A stretch of 64,000 nucleotides of DNA from Isurus oxyrinchus (GCA_026770705.1 JANJGN010000042.1:1426001-1490000), one strand, 5' to 3'; positions 36,070-50,645 are shown, counted from the first letter of the stretch. Numbers and translations are program-made. The notes: generated by a model from the letters alone, not told the origin.

Positions 36070-37130
36070 GTCGGGATTATTCAGATTGGAAAGATGTAAC
36101 TGCTGGAGTGCCATAAGGATCAGTCTCAGGGAGTCAATTATTTACTATCTATACTAATGACATGGAGGAGGGGGCAGAGTGTAATGTATCCAAATTTCCT
36201 GACGATATAAAAATAGGTGGGAGGTCAGGTTGTGATGAGGACTTGAAGAATCTTCAAGGGGATATAGATAAGTTGAGTCAGTGGGCAAAAGTTGGCAGAT
36301 GGAGTGTAATGTAGGAAAGTTTGAGATCATACACATTGTTAGGAGGAATTGAAAGGCAGAATATTATTTAAATGGCGGAGACTCCAAAAAAGTGCAGCAC
36401 AGAGGGATCTGGGTGTTCCTATGCAAGAAACACAAAAACTTGGCATGCAGGTGCAGCAAGTCATTAAGAAGGCAAATGGAATTTTGGCCTGTTTTGCTCG
36501 TGGTTGGAGTTTAAAAATCGGGAAGTCTTGTTACAGCTGTACAGGGTGTTGGTGAGGCCGCACCTGGAGTCCTGTGTACAGTTTTGGTCCCCATATTTAA
36601 GGAAGCATTTTTGGCATTGCAGGCAGTTCAAAAGAGATTCACTAGCCTGATTCCTGGGATGAAGGAGTTGACTAATCAAGAACTGTGAAGCAAGTGAAGA
36701 CTTTATTCATTAGAGTTTAGAATACTGAGGGTTGATCTTATTAAAATGTGCAAAATTCCTAGCTGGTTGACAGGGTAGATGTTGAAAAGATGTTTCCACT
36801 AATGGGGGAACCTCTAGCGAGGGGACATAGTTACAGAATCGGAGGGCACTCATTTAAAACTGAGATGCGAAGGAATTTCTTCTCCCAGAGGGTAGTGTAT
36901 GTTTGGAATTCTCTACCCAAGACAGTTGTGGAGGCTAGCTCACTGAGAGTAGTTAAAGAGGAGTAGATAGATTTTTGAAATATCGGGGATTGAGGGCTAT
37001 GAGGAGCTGGCAGGAAAGATCAGTTGAGACCTGGGGGAGAGTAGCCATGATCTTATTGAATAGCGGGGTAAGCTGGAGGGGCCGAATGTCCGACTCCTGT
37101 TCCAATTTCTAATGTCCTTATCTTCTTATG
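36070..37130 (+). mobile_element. CR1 LINE 3' fragment with CR1 tail
   Basis: RT C-terminal remnant ([20 protein letters not shown]); 3' end gccatgatcttattgaat..cttatg. Confidence 0.88.
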
Positions 37131-37217
37131 AAACGTGTCTCTGGTGAAAAAGGTCTGAAACAAAAATAAAAGACACTGGTAGCATAGATAAGCCACTTGT
37201 GAAGCGTGTAAGCAGCT

Positions 37218-37289
37218 TTCCTGGTGGTCTAGTGGTCAGGATTCAGTACTTTCACTGCTGTGGTCCAGGTTTGATTCCTGGTCAGGAAT
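37218..37289 (+). pseudogene. tRNA-Glu(TTC)-like gene or pseudogene (B box GTTTGA)
   Basis: TTCCTGGTGGTCTAGTGGTCAGGATTCAGTACTTTCACTGCTG..; stems still pair. Confidence 0.75.
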
Positions 37290-38412
37290 GGAGATTTATT
37301 GACTTCGTGCAAACTGTTAAAATGAGTCTGAGTTGTTTCTTGATTAAAAACAGAAGACGCTCATCTCTGCCAGAATCAGTGGAGTGAGAGCTGGAGTTCT
37401 GCCTCTGAGCTGGAAATATCACCCGTGCAACAGGTCGAGAACAAATATAGAGGTGAAGATAGGGAATGAGAGAAGGTCTGTGATAGTTTGCAAAACCCTA
37501 ACCAGAGAGATGCTTGTGCAAGGCAAAATATAGCGGGAATAAGGGAGGCTTTACTGTTTACACCGACACAAATATCTCTCAGATCTTGTTCCAAATCTCG
37601 TGTTAAGTGAGAAGAAAACTTTTCCCTGAATCTTCCCCCTTTTAGCTGCACCTCCTTCCAAACATTGCAAACTCCTCCTGCATCTTCCATCCTGATATCT
37701 TTCTCTGTGAAATTTGAAACTAATGTCAATAACGTTGCTGATGGTAAAAATGTGTACATGCCCTTGGGGAACTGAACCACCTTGACACACACAGAGGAAC
37801 AAACACAGACACATACACCGAGAGTGACAAAGGGCATGGGATTGTCTCGAAGGAGGTACAAACACCCAAAAATCAAGCCTGACACCAATCTGGTTTCGTT
37901 TTTGTTCCATTTATCGCTGCAACTTTTGTGAACGTTTACAGACGAATAGAAATTAGAGAACGCTGGAGGTTTTAGATGTTTTTTATTCAGCTTATTCCGA
38001 TAATTAATTGTGCAGGTACACTGTAAAATTCAGGAATGATAAGGAGCATAATTAACAGGATCCCAGCCTACCTGTGGAGCTCCCAATGCATTCGAAACCT
38101 CTCACCTTAACCACTCAGTCACGAATCCAAGCCCCAGATTTGCATTAATGATGTTTGTATAAAATCACAGGTGGCTACATCAGACGGTTATTCACCATGT
38201 CGTTTACATGCCGACTCTCTAGACGAGCAACTCAACGACTGTAATTCCAGATCCCGCCTTTTCCCCACAGCAACTGATATTTATATTGCCTCTCCTCTTT
38301 CTTCCTTTCAAAATAAAACACCGCACACTCCGCTAGTGTGAGCTGGTATCTGTCGATCTGTTGGTTTGAAAGGGGCTGCTGCAGATCCCAAAAGGTGGGG
38401 AACCTGAACGCT

Positions 38413-38495
38413 TGGCAGCGGTAGAACTGGACCTCACAGTTCTGTAGATACGGGAGCCTTAAATCCAGCGACTTAAACTGCTCGGCCACACTATC
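38413..38495 (-). pseudogene. tRNA-Leu(AAG-type) pseudogene
   Basis: GATAGTGTGGCCGAGCAG..GCTGGATTTAAGGCTCC..ACCGCTGCCA. Confidence 0.6.
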
Positions 38496-39253
38496 ACGTT
38501 GCATATACCTGCTCATAATTCCCTTCACTGGTATTATCATCGAAATAGAACAGAAGCAAAGGAGCAGGAATAGGTCATTGGGAAACTCGAACCAGCTCCG
38601 CCAGTTAATCGGATCATCCTGCACTTTGTAACATACAGAAATCATCTCAACTATTAACTTCATTATTTCAATGTTTCAAATAATGTGGTTTTTTTTTCCT
38701 GTGGTGACTGTGCCTGTTTATTGAATGAAATTTTGGTAAAAGATATCCATTGAGGAAAATGAGGAGATGATTGGTCAGAATAGACATTTGTTTTCTGAAA
38801 ATTCGATTTGAACTCAACTATTTTTAAAATTTGAATAACTGTAAAAGAATTCAGAGTCCAACCCTTCATCTCAATGAGTCAGGGAATCTTTGTTAACTTT
38901 CACACACTGTGTATGGACACTGCAGAAGCTCCTGCACCTCTTTCAATATTGTTGTTCTTAACTCAGAGTTTTCAAAAGGGAATTGGACAATGATTTGAAA
39001 GGGAGAAAAAAATCAGAGTTATGGAAAGAGACAAAGAAATTGAGATTAAGTCGAAAGCTCTTTGTGAAAAACTGACATCGATACTATGGGCCTCTTGTAG
39101 AGCTGTGCCTTTCGATGATAACATTATGGGATCAGTTTTCTCCAGCATTCCCAAAGAGAACAGCCGAAATCAATTTCTTCAAAATAAGTGCTGCTGCATG
39201 ACGTCACCGCTTAACATTTTAGTGAGGCCCATTGAGCTTTTCTCCTGTCCCCT

Positions 39254-39328
39254 GTTTCTGCAGGGCAGTGGTTGTCATGTTTACCTCATATGTGAAGAGT
39301 TGCCTCGTTAGAGACTGGCCAGAACCAT
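39254..39328 (+). pseudogene. tRNA-Val relic
   Basis: gtttctgcagggcagtggttgtca..cctcatatgtgaa..; highly degenerate. Confidence 0.4.
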
Positions 39329-40509
39329 CATCAAAACTTGCAGATTGAAGTTTGTTGAAGACAGCAGGATGCGGTCATGTGTCCTGGTCACTGTTTATCC
39401 TTCAACTAAGTTTATAAGATCTGCGCATTGTCAAGTCCCTGGCTTTGTGTGTTTGAGGAGCAGCGATTGGCTGCCGTGTTCCCTGCATGAGAACAATGAC
39501 TCTCCTTCAGAAAGTACTTCAATAAAAGCAAAATACTGGAAATCTGAAATAAAAACATTAAATGCAGGTAAGACTCAGCAGGTCTGACAGCGTCTGTGGA
39601 AAACAAAACCTGCCGAGTTTCTCAAGCATTTTCTGTTTTTATTTCAACAAGTGCTTAACTGTCTTGAAAATGGTTTCAGACATCCGCTGGTCAGGAATGC
39701 GCTGTATAAATGCAAGTCTGTCTTTCCTTAACTATCTTTAAATCCCAATCCTGTTGTTACTGACCCCCGTCAGTAGAAACAGTCTCTCCCTATCTGCACC
39801 ATCAAGCCGCCCGTCCCCACTGCCCCCACCCACCTCATTTTGGACAGCTCAATGAAATCTCCACCTAAACTTCTTTGCTCTAAAGAGAACAATCCCGGTC
39901 TCTATAATCTCTCCACAAAACTGAATTTCGTCAACCCTGGAAATGATGCGTCTTGCATTGAGGGATTAAGATGAGATTTTGGAAAATATTATCAGTTAGC
40001 AGGTGGCAAAATGGAGAAGGAACCAAAACAGAAAACCCAGTCACCAGCTTTGTGAATCTTTAGAAACTCTTTGGGAACCAGAATCAGAGGAGAATGAAGG
40101 TTGAACTGTCGGACTGAGCAGAGACAGTCAAGGCACCTTTCCCTTCTTTAAGACACAGGAACATTGACTCTGATGTTCTCAGTGAAATTAACTGATCAGA
40201 GACATTGAAAGGATTCTCGTTACTGCACATCAGGAATTCAAACCTAATTGCGGCTTCGGGACAATCAGAATACTTGGTAATAGTCAAGGAACGCAAAGAC
40301 TCGAAGGGAGACGTCACCGGTTGTAGGAGAGCTGGTTCCTGGTGACATGGATGTCTCTGCAGTGGGTGGGATCAGCCTGTTTCCATGTATCCACAATGAA
40401 TGCTCCCCTCTTTATTTTTGGAAGAGTGAAACTGGAAGAGACAATTGTCATTCCGGTAGCAGCAATCTGAAGATTTTACTGACTGATATCCTGCTTAAAG
40501 TCTTCATCA

Positions 40510-40529
40510 GTCTCTGTGGCGCAATTGGC

Positions 40530-40566
<37 letters not shown>

Positions 40567-40583
40567 GAGACCACCCAGGGACG
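40510..40583 (+). tRNA. tRNA-Asn(GTT), apparently intact
   Basis: GTCTCTGTGGCGCAATTGGCTAGCGCGTTCGGCTGTTAACCGAAAGGTTGGTGGTTCGAGACCACCCAGGGACG; intact A and B boxes; TTTTT terminator at 40595. Confidence 0.93.
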
Positions 40584-42064
40584 AAATATCCCCCTTTTTC
40601 CCCCATCAGCCTTCATTGTCACTCAGTTCCCGATTGCCATTGCCTGCTTAAGCTGAATGCCAAGACCCCGGAAATTTTGCCGGCTCCACTGTTATCCAGT
40701 GAGCTCCCTGGTAAGCGGCTTTTTTTCGAATATTAATTTCAAATATAATGAGAAAGCATTAAGACCTACCATGCACTGATATCCAACACACTGGAAATTT
40801 ATGAAGTTATTGGATTCAAACAAACCCATCAATGATTCTCTCTTCCTCAGCTCCACAGTAAGTGAGACAGGGAAAAGCAGCAATATTCCGGCCCCGCACT
40901 CTCCAATCACCCGCTGCCAGCAGAAAGCAGCGACTGCAGCTTCAATCAGCGGGTTACTGCCCATCCCTGGGACACAAGATACTCCAACCCGGGGTAAACC
41001 TCCCAACACACCGAGCACAGGCTCAGGAACACACAGGTACATTATATCCCGGTACAATGTACGAGGTATAAAAACTCGCAACAAAATTTACAGAATTTCT
41101 GAGTCACAAATAAAAGTCACACAAACTTTCTAAATCGTTTCACTGTAAAATTCCTTCATTTTATTGAAAAGCTGACTGTTGGGAATCTGAAAATGAGCAC
41201 CATGGGATTTATGTTACCGAGTGACTTGTTTTCCACTGATTATCCTTCAGTTTTGCAATTCAAACTGTGTTGGATATTGAAGCGATTCTGATTTCAAAAT
41301 GAGGTCACAAAGCAGCTAAATATTAAATCCAGAAACAAATCCTGAGGAAAATGGATCACAATGTTTGGAAGGAGGTGCATCTGAGAAGCGGACGCTGTGA
41401 ATGGTGTTATTGATGATTGAATGGAAGGCACTGGGGCCTTGGTCAAAAATCGTGTCCCAGTGGTGAAAACGATGCTGATAAAATCCATTGGGGTTTCCCC
41501 AGGAAAATTCCAATCTTACCGACTGTGCTTCTGATTTCAACCAGGTGTCCACAGAACTCTCGGACCAATGGAAGAAAAACATCCAGAAATTTCTCCTGAT
41601 TTTTGAACTCTAAGGGAACGAAGAGCGATCGGGATCGGGTGGGAATTTGGTCTTGAAGCTGGAAATTCGCCATGATCTTATAAAGTGCCGGAGGAGGCTT
41701 GAGGGGCCTTATGAAGTATTGTTGCTGCTTTGATTCTGTTCTATTTGAGTAGCAATGCTAGACAAGGCGATGGGCAGTAATAATGAAGCTCGGTTTCAAA
41801 TACCACTTCCACTGCTGCTAAAATTGCCCGATTGGTCGAAAAAGTGGCAGCTCACACTTAAAGCAGGTGTGTACGGTGTTTCACTTTAACAGTAATTCTG
41901 AGAGACAATTAAATATAAATGGCTGTGGAGAAAAGGCGGGGCTGTTGAATTAGCTGTGAAACTTGTGCAGGACAGATATTCGTCTCCAGCTCTTTCTGCC
42001 AGTCCATGTCAATTAGCTGCTTGGTGCAAACGCAGTCAGATGGTGCGAACGTAAAACTGAACGT

Positions 42065-42242
42065 AAAAAACAAAAAAACTGCAGATGCTGGAAATCCAAA
42101 ACAAAAACAGAATTACCTGGAAAAGCTCAGCAGGTCTGAGAACAAGTTCTGTCGAAGGGTCATGAGGACTCAAAACGTCAACTCTTTTCTTCTTCGCCGA
42201 TGCGGCCAGACCTGCTGAGTTTTTCCAGGTAATTCTGTTTTT
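42065..42242. mobile_element. Inverted pair of Penelope pLTR ends (hairpin insertion)
   Basis: Inverted repeat aattacctggaaaa..cagcaggtctg / cagacctgctgag..ccaggtaatt; imperfect ~14-bp TSD gtaaa-c-gaacgt. Confidence 0.8.
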
Positions 42243-43087
42243 GTAAAGCAGAACGTGATCGGTTTACAGATAGCAGCGTACAGAGACAGCAGGATCTTCC
42301 TGATTCGCCCAAGTACTGATTACAGGTATGTGCACAGTGCCAATTATCCACAATCACACTTCCCTTCCAATCTTGTCCTAGTTGTTCAGTTTTGAAAATG
42401 CAAATATTTTCACATTGGATTTCAATGTAAAGAAAGCAGAGCTGTGATAAGCTTGTATAGTTCAGCAGATGTACTGCAAGAAGTTACATAAAAGGCTGAT
42501 GATAACAGTGCTCTTGGGACACGGTGAGCTCCAGTGAAGGATCGGCACCAATAATGAGTCGCTCATTTAGTCTCGTGACTAATCTCGTGCTGGAAATGAC
42601 AAGAAAACTCGCTGAATTTGCTCCGTGTTTTGTTTTCAAAAGAGCCGAATACAAGGTAAGAAAGTACATCTCGCTTGAGTGGGTTATAAAATGGAAGAAT
42701 GACCCGTGCTGTTGGGAAACATAAAATTGTACAAATTTGCAGCACAGAAAGAGGCCATTCGGCCTGGCGTGCTGCTGTCAAAGAGCAGTAGTGATTGGTT
42801 GATCCATCAGGAGTGATACTTATGTCAGTGCAAACAGTAGGCAGCAAAATTTGCCCTTCTCCCACCCATATTTTCCTGGCGCCACCATCTGTGTGGTCAG
42901 TGCTTTGCACCCAGCCCTTCTCTTGTCCTTCTTTCACTCCACTTCTTTGTTCTCGACTTTCCAAATATGACACTTCCAACTCTGTGGCGAAACTTCAACT
43001 ATCACCCCATTGATTCTGGTGGAGCTGTTAAATGGTTTCCATCAATAACTAATTAATACTGATTTTAACAAGATAAAAAAATCTACA

Positions 43088-43159
43088 TTCCCTGATTGGG
43101 AATCAAACTCAGGCTACTGCTGATAAAGTGCCGAATCCTGACCATTCGACCACCGGGGA
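43088..43159 (-). pseudogene. tRNA-Glu pseudogene
   Basis: TCCCCGGTGGTCGAATGGTCAGGATTCGGCAC..GATTCCCAATCAGGGAA. Confidence 0.65.
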
Positions 43160-43167
43160 AGCTACTG

Positions 43168-45578
43168 TCTTAATTTCTCTGTTCCTTTCACCCACTGTTA
43201 ACTGTCTCTCTCTGAATTTGCTGCACTCCGTTCTCCCAGGTTCAGCCCTGACATTGACATCAAACCTGCTGACAAGGATGGTGCTGTTGTTTTCTGGCTC
43301 ACTAATCTCTACCTCACAGAGGCTGAGCGTCAACTCGCAGACACTTCCTCCTACCTGCCCCTGGACCATGACCCCACCACTGAACATGAAGCCATTGTTT
43401 TCAGGCCTGTTACTGACCTCATCTCCTCTGGGGACCTTCCTCCCACAGCTTCCAACCTCAAAGTATCACAACCTTGGACGGCCCACTTATACCTCCTTCC
43501 CAAAATCCACAATCAGGACTGTCCCGGCAGACCGAACGCGTCAGCCTGTCCTACCACACGGAATTAATTTATTGCTATCTTGACTCCATTCTCTCTCCCC
43601 TGGTCCAGTCCCTTCCCACCTACATCCATGATTCCTCTGACAGCCTACATCATATCATCAATTTCCAGTTCCCTGGCCCTAATCACCTTCTCTTCACCAT
43701 GAACGTAAATCCCTCTACACCTCAATCCCCCACCGGGATGCTTTGAGGGCTCTCCCCTTCTTCCTCAATCAGAGGCTCGAACAATCCCCATCCACCACTA
43801 CTATCCACTGCCAGGCTTAACTTGTTCTCACACTGAACAATTTCTCCTTAAACTCCTCTCACGTCCTCCAAATAAAATGTTTGGCTATGGGTACCTGCAT
43901 GGGCCCCAGCTATGCCTGTGTATTATGGGGTATGTGGAACATTCCTTGTTCCAGTCCTACTCCGGCCCCCTCCCACAACTATTTCTCCGGTACATCGATG
44001 ATTGCTTCGGTGCTGCTTTATGCTCTTGTCTGGACCTGGAAAAATTTATTAACTTTGCTGCCAATTTCCAACCCTCCATCATTTTCATATGCTTTATTCC
44101 TGACACTTCCCTTCCCTTCCTTGACCTCTGTACCTCAATTTCTGGTGATAGACTGTCCACCAATATTCATTACAAGCCCACCGACTCCCACAGCTACCTC
44201 GACTACAGCTCCTCACACCCCGCTTCCTGTAAGGACTCCATCCCATTCTCTCAGTTCCTTCGCCTCCGTCGCATCTGTTCTGATGTTGCCACTTTCAACA
44301 ACAGTTCCTCTGACATGTCTTCCTTCTTCCTTAACCGAGGTTTTCCACCCACGGTGATTGACAGGGCCCTCAACATCGTCCGGCCCACCTCTCATGCATC
44401 CGCCCTCATACCTTCTTCTCTCTCCCAGAAACATGATAGGGTCCCCCTTGTCCTCACTTATCACCCCACCAGCCTCCGCATTCAAAGGATCATCCTCCGC
44501 CATTTCCACCAACTCCAGCATGATGCCACCACCAAACACATCTTCCCTTCACCCCAACCCGGCGGCATTCCGTAGGGATCATTCCCTCCGGGACACCCTG
44601 GTCCACTTCTCCATCACCCCCTACACCTCAACCCCCTCCCACGGCACCTTCCCATGCAACCGCAAAAAGTGCAACACCTGCCCCTTTACTTCCCCCCTCC
44701 TCAACGTCCAAGGGCCAAAGTATTACTTTCAAGTGAAGCAGCAGTTCACTTGCACTTCCCTCAATTTAGTCTACTGCATTTGATGCTCTCAATGCGGTTT
44801 CCTCTACACTGGAGAGACAAAACACAGACTGGGTGACCGCTTTGCAGAACACCTTCAGTCTGTCTGCGAGCATGACCCAGAACTCCCTGTCACTTGCTAT
44901 TTCAACACACCACCCTGCCGTCATGCCCACATGTCCATTGTTGGCCTGCTGCTTTGTTCCAGTGAAGCCCAACGCAAACTGGAGGAACAGCACTTCATCT
45001 TCCGACTAGGCACTTTACAGCCTTCCGGACTGAATGTTGAGTTCAAAAAACTTTAGATCATGAACTCTCTCCTCCATTCCCACCCCCTTTCCCATCCCAC
45101 TTTATTTCCAACAATTTATATATTTTTTTCTGTTCCCACCTATTTCCTTTATTTTTAAAATATTTCTATCCGTTGTTTTATCTCTACCTTTTAGCCTATT
45201 TCATTCCCTTGCCCCCACCCCAACCCACTAGAGCTATCTCTACCTTGCTTGTCCTGATTTCTACCCTTAATGTCACCCATTAGCACATTTCTTAGCTCAT
45301 AACACCACCGTCAACATCTCTTTGTCCTTTTGTCTATGACATCTCTTCTTTGCCTCCGCCTATCACTGGTCCCTCTATCCAACGCAACCTGCCCCAGCCC
45401 CCAATACCAGCTTATATTTCACCGCATTTCTCTATTTCCTTCATTCCGAAGAAGAGTCACACGGACTCGAAACATCAACTGTATTCCTCTCCACAGATGC
45501 TGTCAGGCCTGCTGGGTTTTTCCAGGTATTTTTGTTTTTGTTTCAGATATCCAGCATCCGCAGTAATTTGCTTTTATC
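43168..45578 (+). mobile_element. Older, frameshifted Penelope-like element
   Basis: RT fragments (YIDD in ORF 43877-44575), GIY-YIG remnant, pLTR at ~45440-45575. Confidence 0.92.
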
Positions 45579-45579
45579 T

Positions 45580-47560
45580 GAGAGAGAGAGAAAAAAATCA
45601 ATATGTTTCAGTGAGTTAGACGCTGTCTCAGATAGAGATTTCACAGACATTAAGTGAATGTGGTGACAAACGTGCCCGTCTTAGCAAAGAATTGGTTGGT
45701 ATGACATGGATTTCTAAACAAGACCACACAACAGGATATGCTATCAATGAATATTTACATTATTAGACGACCTGCAGTTACAGTTTGAATAAGAGAAAAT
45801 AAAATAAAATGAAACATTCTGGTGAAGATACATGTTATCTTTGTGGAATGACGCAACATGATTTCTTTTCACACACACACACAGAACAAGTGATGTCTCA
45901 TATATAATACTGTTGGCTGTCATGAAACTGAGTATTAGGAGCTGCACGGAGCAAACACTCAAAACCTGTCGTTTTAGGCCAAAGTCAGAGGCCCATTTCT
46001 AACTCAACGTTCACCTTATAGATTCATAGAAAAGTGTAGTAACAACAGAGACAGAGCCTGGTGTGGAAATTACTGAGACAGGGCCTAGTGCAATTTAAGC
46101 AGAGGCATGACTAGAGAAGCCATCTAATGTTACTTAAGCATAGACCTGACCTAATGCACGAATAACAGGGGCGGGGACGTGTGCGATATTAACATGGACA
46201 AGGTCTACTGCTGTAATAGCGGAGATGGGTCTGGTGCAATAGTTACCGATACAGGGCCTGGATCAACATCAAGTGAAATAGTTTAGTTATTACAGGCACA
46301 GGATACAGAGTAATTGCTTCCCAGAGAGAGTCTCAGGCCGTAATATCGGAGACTGCCACCAGTGTAAGAAAGACAGACATGATCTGGTGGAGTAAAAACA
46401 GGGAAAGGGAGAGTGGAATAGAAACAGAGACAGAGGTACAAAGACAAAGTCTCTGCAAAGATATGATCCATTTTAATTAACAAGACAGACAAGCTCGAGT
46501 GTAATACAGGCTGGTACAATTTCAATTGTTCTGAAATACGGTCTGGAGGAATTTAAGTGCAGACATGATTGAGTGTGTTATAAGCAGCGCCACGACCTAG
46601 AGAAACATAAGTGAGACAGTGCCGAGTGCAGTAATAATCGAGACAGGATTTTGTGATAACACCTACTGGATCCAGTCTAAGAAAACTGATACACGGTCTA
46701 GTGCAGCTTCACATAATTCAGGGGTCTTTTTAATGTCAACTGATGCAGTGACTGGTGAATTAAATACCGGCAAAGGTACGAGATCAATAAAAACAGAGAC
46801 ATGCACTAGTACAGCAATAAGAGAGTAATGGTTTAGGACAATAACAACAGAAACAGAGAAATGTATGTTATGAATGGAGGCATGTATTGGTGCAGCATCA
46901 CCTGAGACAGGGTCCAGTTTGATAGACACGTGGCAGGTTCTACTGGAGTCATAGCAGAGACAGAGTCTTGTGAAATGCAAATAAAAACGCGTTCTAGTTT
47001 TCCATAAACAGAGACAAGCTCTAGTGCAGTGCCAACTGGGGCATGGCTTATTGTAACTTTAGCCGAGACCTGATTCAGTGCAGTAATGACTGAGCTAGTG
47101 CCAATTGTAATGTGGCTGAGCCAATTACAGAAACAACTGAGAGATGACCTTCTCTAATATGATCAGAGACATGTCCTAGTGTAATAGAAACAGAAACGGC
47201 ATCTAAGTTGATATGAACAGAGACAGTGCCAAATGCAGTAATAATTGAGACCGCGTCTGCTTCATGTGATGTGAGCAATCACGGTTCTACTGCCATCAAC
47301 TGGTCAATCGTTGCAACTGCAGGTGTTGTGAACATGTCGATTACATTTACTGTTTCTGAGATCAGTGGTCAAAATCAGAAATAATGGAAAACGTAGCCGG
47401 CGGAATTTGAACCTGCGCGGGATAGCCCCAATGGATTTCAAGTCCATCGCCTTAACCACTCGGCCACGACTACAGATGCTGGCATTAAACCTGTATTACA
47501 TATATGAAGTCATAGAATTGTTACAGCAGACAAAGAGGGGCTTTTCCCCGCCCTGTCTCT
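45580..47560. repeat. Segmental duplication copy B of 24390-26480
   Basis: Colinear similarity, including the tRNA-Ser. Confidence 0.9.
47392..47473 (-). tRNA. tRNA-Ser(TGA), with T-stem mismatch
   Basis: GTAGTCGTGGCCGAGTGGTTAAGGCGATGGACTTGAAATCCAT..GGTTCAAATTCCGCCGGCTACG, followed by TTTT. Confidence 0.82.
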
Positions 47561-50500
47561 GTCACAACCTAGCCGGGCATGCACGCGCGTTATTTCCTAT
47601 GTGAAAACTCAAGGAGATCAATGTTGTTTCCTCCTGGAGCCTCTGCTTGTTCTGAATTTCAAACTGTGGAAGGTAATCGTCCTACAAAATCCACAAGGTT
47701 GCAATACATTCCTCTCAATCATCAATAACATCATTCACATCTTCCACTTGTTTGCTGCAACTCCTTCCAAACATTGCAAATTCCCTTGCATCGTTCATCC
47801 TATTTTTCTCTTTGACATATGACTATAAAGTTGCACAACGAATGTTAATCAAGTTGGTGTTGGTGAATATGTGTCTATCTCCTCGGGGAACTGAACCATA
47901 TTGACACACTTGGAGGAACACACACAGACACATACACCGTGAGTGACAGAGGCCGAAGGAGAGACAAACACCCAGAAAGCAAAGATGTCACCAACTTGTC
48001 CAATTATTGTTCCATTTCAGACTCCAAATGTAATGAATATTTGCAGATGAACTGAAGTCAGAAACACATGGGTGTTTGGGTGGTTTAGTTTCTCATTTGA
48101 CTGATAATATATTCTGCAGACAGTTTGTGTCAGTCAGGAATGAGAAGAAGGGGAATTGGCAGGATGTGGACTACGTGGAAAAACGCCTGAACCACTCGGC
48201 CAGGACAACTGGGTAAAGGCTGCATGTTGTTTGTTTAAAATAATAGAATAAATACAGCGAGTTCCGGTGAAAGAAGGTCTTCCAGTCCGTGCCACTGTCC
48301 CACCTTTTCCCAGTCTCCCTGGGATTTACACTGTCTCTCCTCATTCTCCCAACTGAAATACAACACGGCACTGCTCAGCTGCTCCTTCACCACACAGAGA
48401 ATCTTTTGGAAACGCCTCAAACAACAGACCACCAGAAAGTTTGACAGCGGTGAGCGTGAAGTCCACATCGTCAGAGAGATCAAAACCTGAACCAATGGCT
48501 GAGCCCGCTTGACCTCACTACCACATTCAGATTAGACACAAACATTGTCTTCACCAACATTAACACTGATTTCGAATATTAAAGAAATGATCAGGAATTG
48601 GCCATTCGGCCCCTCGAGCATTCTCAGCTACTTAATAAGATCATGTGCAAACTTCAATCATCCTCCTCTTTGTAACATCCGGACATTTAGTTTCTGAACA
48701 GTCCCTGCTCAAAGAAAAGAGAGAAATGTCTTCTTGCATCTTTTAAAACTGATGCTTTTCCTCTCTCGCACCTTATGATATGAAGCCGCAGAATGAATAT
48801 GAATAATGTTTGGGTGGTAAAAATGGGAAACTGAACCACTTTGACACACACACAGAAAATCACAAATACGCACATTGTTAAGATTTGAAATAGTGAATAT
48901 TTTCACACTATCTTTCAATGTGCAGAAAGTGGAGCTGTGATCAACTTACAACTCAGAAGATGCACAACAAGAATGTATATAACAGGCTGATGCTCACAGT
49001 GCCTGTTGGGACTCGGTGAGCTGCATCCAACGATTTAGACCATTTAATTGTCGTTCAATGAGTCCGGTTCCAAATTCTGTGCTGGAAATGATAAGAAAAC
49101 TCGCTAAATTTGCTTATTGTCTTGAATTCAAAGCATCACATGGAAGATAAGAAAGTTCATCTTAACCGTGGTGTTAGGAAACATAAAATGACAGAAAGGT
49201 ACAGCAAATACAGGGGCCATTCGGCCCTGTGTTCTGCTTTCAATGAACAATGTCATTGGTTGATCTGAATAATCAAAGACATTCGTCATTTAGGAAGAAT
49301 GGTCAAAAAGGAAAACGAGACAGGGTCAGGAACGAGATCGGTACATTAGTGACAGAGGATCTTAGATTGAAGGATCAAGCTGTTAAAAAAGTTTGGGTGA
49401 AGCTAAGAAACAGTAAGAGGCAACAAACATTGGTGGGAGTTGTTTATAGGCCAACAAACCCTAGTGGGAATGTTGGCGTGGGATAAATCAGGAAATTAGA
49501 GCTGCATGTGACATGGGTAATACAGGAATAATATTCTGCCTTGCACCACCAGCTCTATAGTCAGTGCTTTGTAACCTATCACAGCCCTTCTCTTTTATTT
49601 TCACCCCCTCACTCCGACTCTGGGTTTGTTCCCAAGTTTTGCCCTTGTGACATTTCCAGCTCTGATGTGAAACTCCCACTCTCACTCCACCAATTCTAGC
49701 AGAGCTAAACCGTGTTATTTTCAACCAGCAAATCAATCACATTGACTTGAACAGCTCGCCCAGGAGGAATAAGTTTCAATCCCTAACCAGGGATCAAACG
49801 CAGGCTGTACTTATAAACTTGCCGCATTCTAATCACTCACCCAGCAGTTGGACACATGGGAGCTGCTTTTGGCATTTTTATATTCCAGATCTCTTTCAGC
49901 AATGACAAGTTTCTTTGGCCAGATGGTCTGTGTCGTTTGAACACAAGTGTCTTCTTCAGCCAATGAGAACAAACCGTTCGCTGGAACATGAAATCGATAC
50001 TTTCCTGCTTTAAGACAGTTCTTAAACCCTCCCCCTTTGATTGAGATTTTAGTCATCTGACCGAATATGCGGCTCAGTGTCACACTTTATGATAAAATGC
50101 TCCTGAGAAACGCCTTGTGACGTTTCATTCGGAAAAAGGAGCTTTCTAAATATAAGTTGTTTTTGTAGTCCATACATAGAAAGAGACAAACTACTCTTCC
50201 CTCTTTCATCCCGATATTTTTCACTGCAAAATTGAAATGTGAAGTTGCACAACTAATGTGAATATAATTTGTGCTCTTAGAAATGTGTTCAGCTTCCCAG
50301 GGAACTGAACCGCATTGACCCACACAGAGGAACACACACACAGATAGACACCGAGAGTGACAGAGGCCGAAGTGGAGACAAATGCCAGAATAAAATCGTG
50401 TCACCAAATTGGCTCCGTTTTGTTTTCCATTTCCGACTGGAGATTTGCAGAAGGCTGACAAATGAACGGAAACAAGAGATCACGGGTGTGTTTGGATGGC

Positions 50501-50563
50501 TTTTCCTCGATTCAAACGATAATTAGCTGTCTGTGCGCGATTAAAATCCCAGATAATGAGAAA

Positions 50564-50645
50564 CATGGTCAGCAGAATTCGAACCTGCGTGGGGTAACCC
50601 CAATGGATTTCTAATCCATCGCCTCAACCACTCGGCCACGACTAC
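50564..50645 (-). tRNA. tRNA-Ser(AGA); acceptor-stem mismatch, probable pseudogene
   Basis: GTAGTCGTGGCCGAGTGGTTGAGGCGATGGATTAGAAATCCAT..GGTTCGAATTCTGCTGACCATG. Confidence 0.78.
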
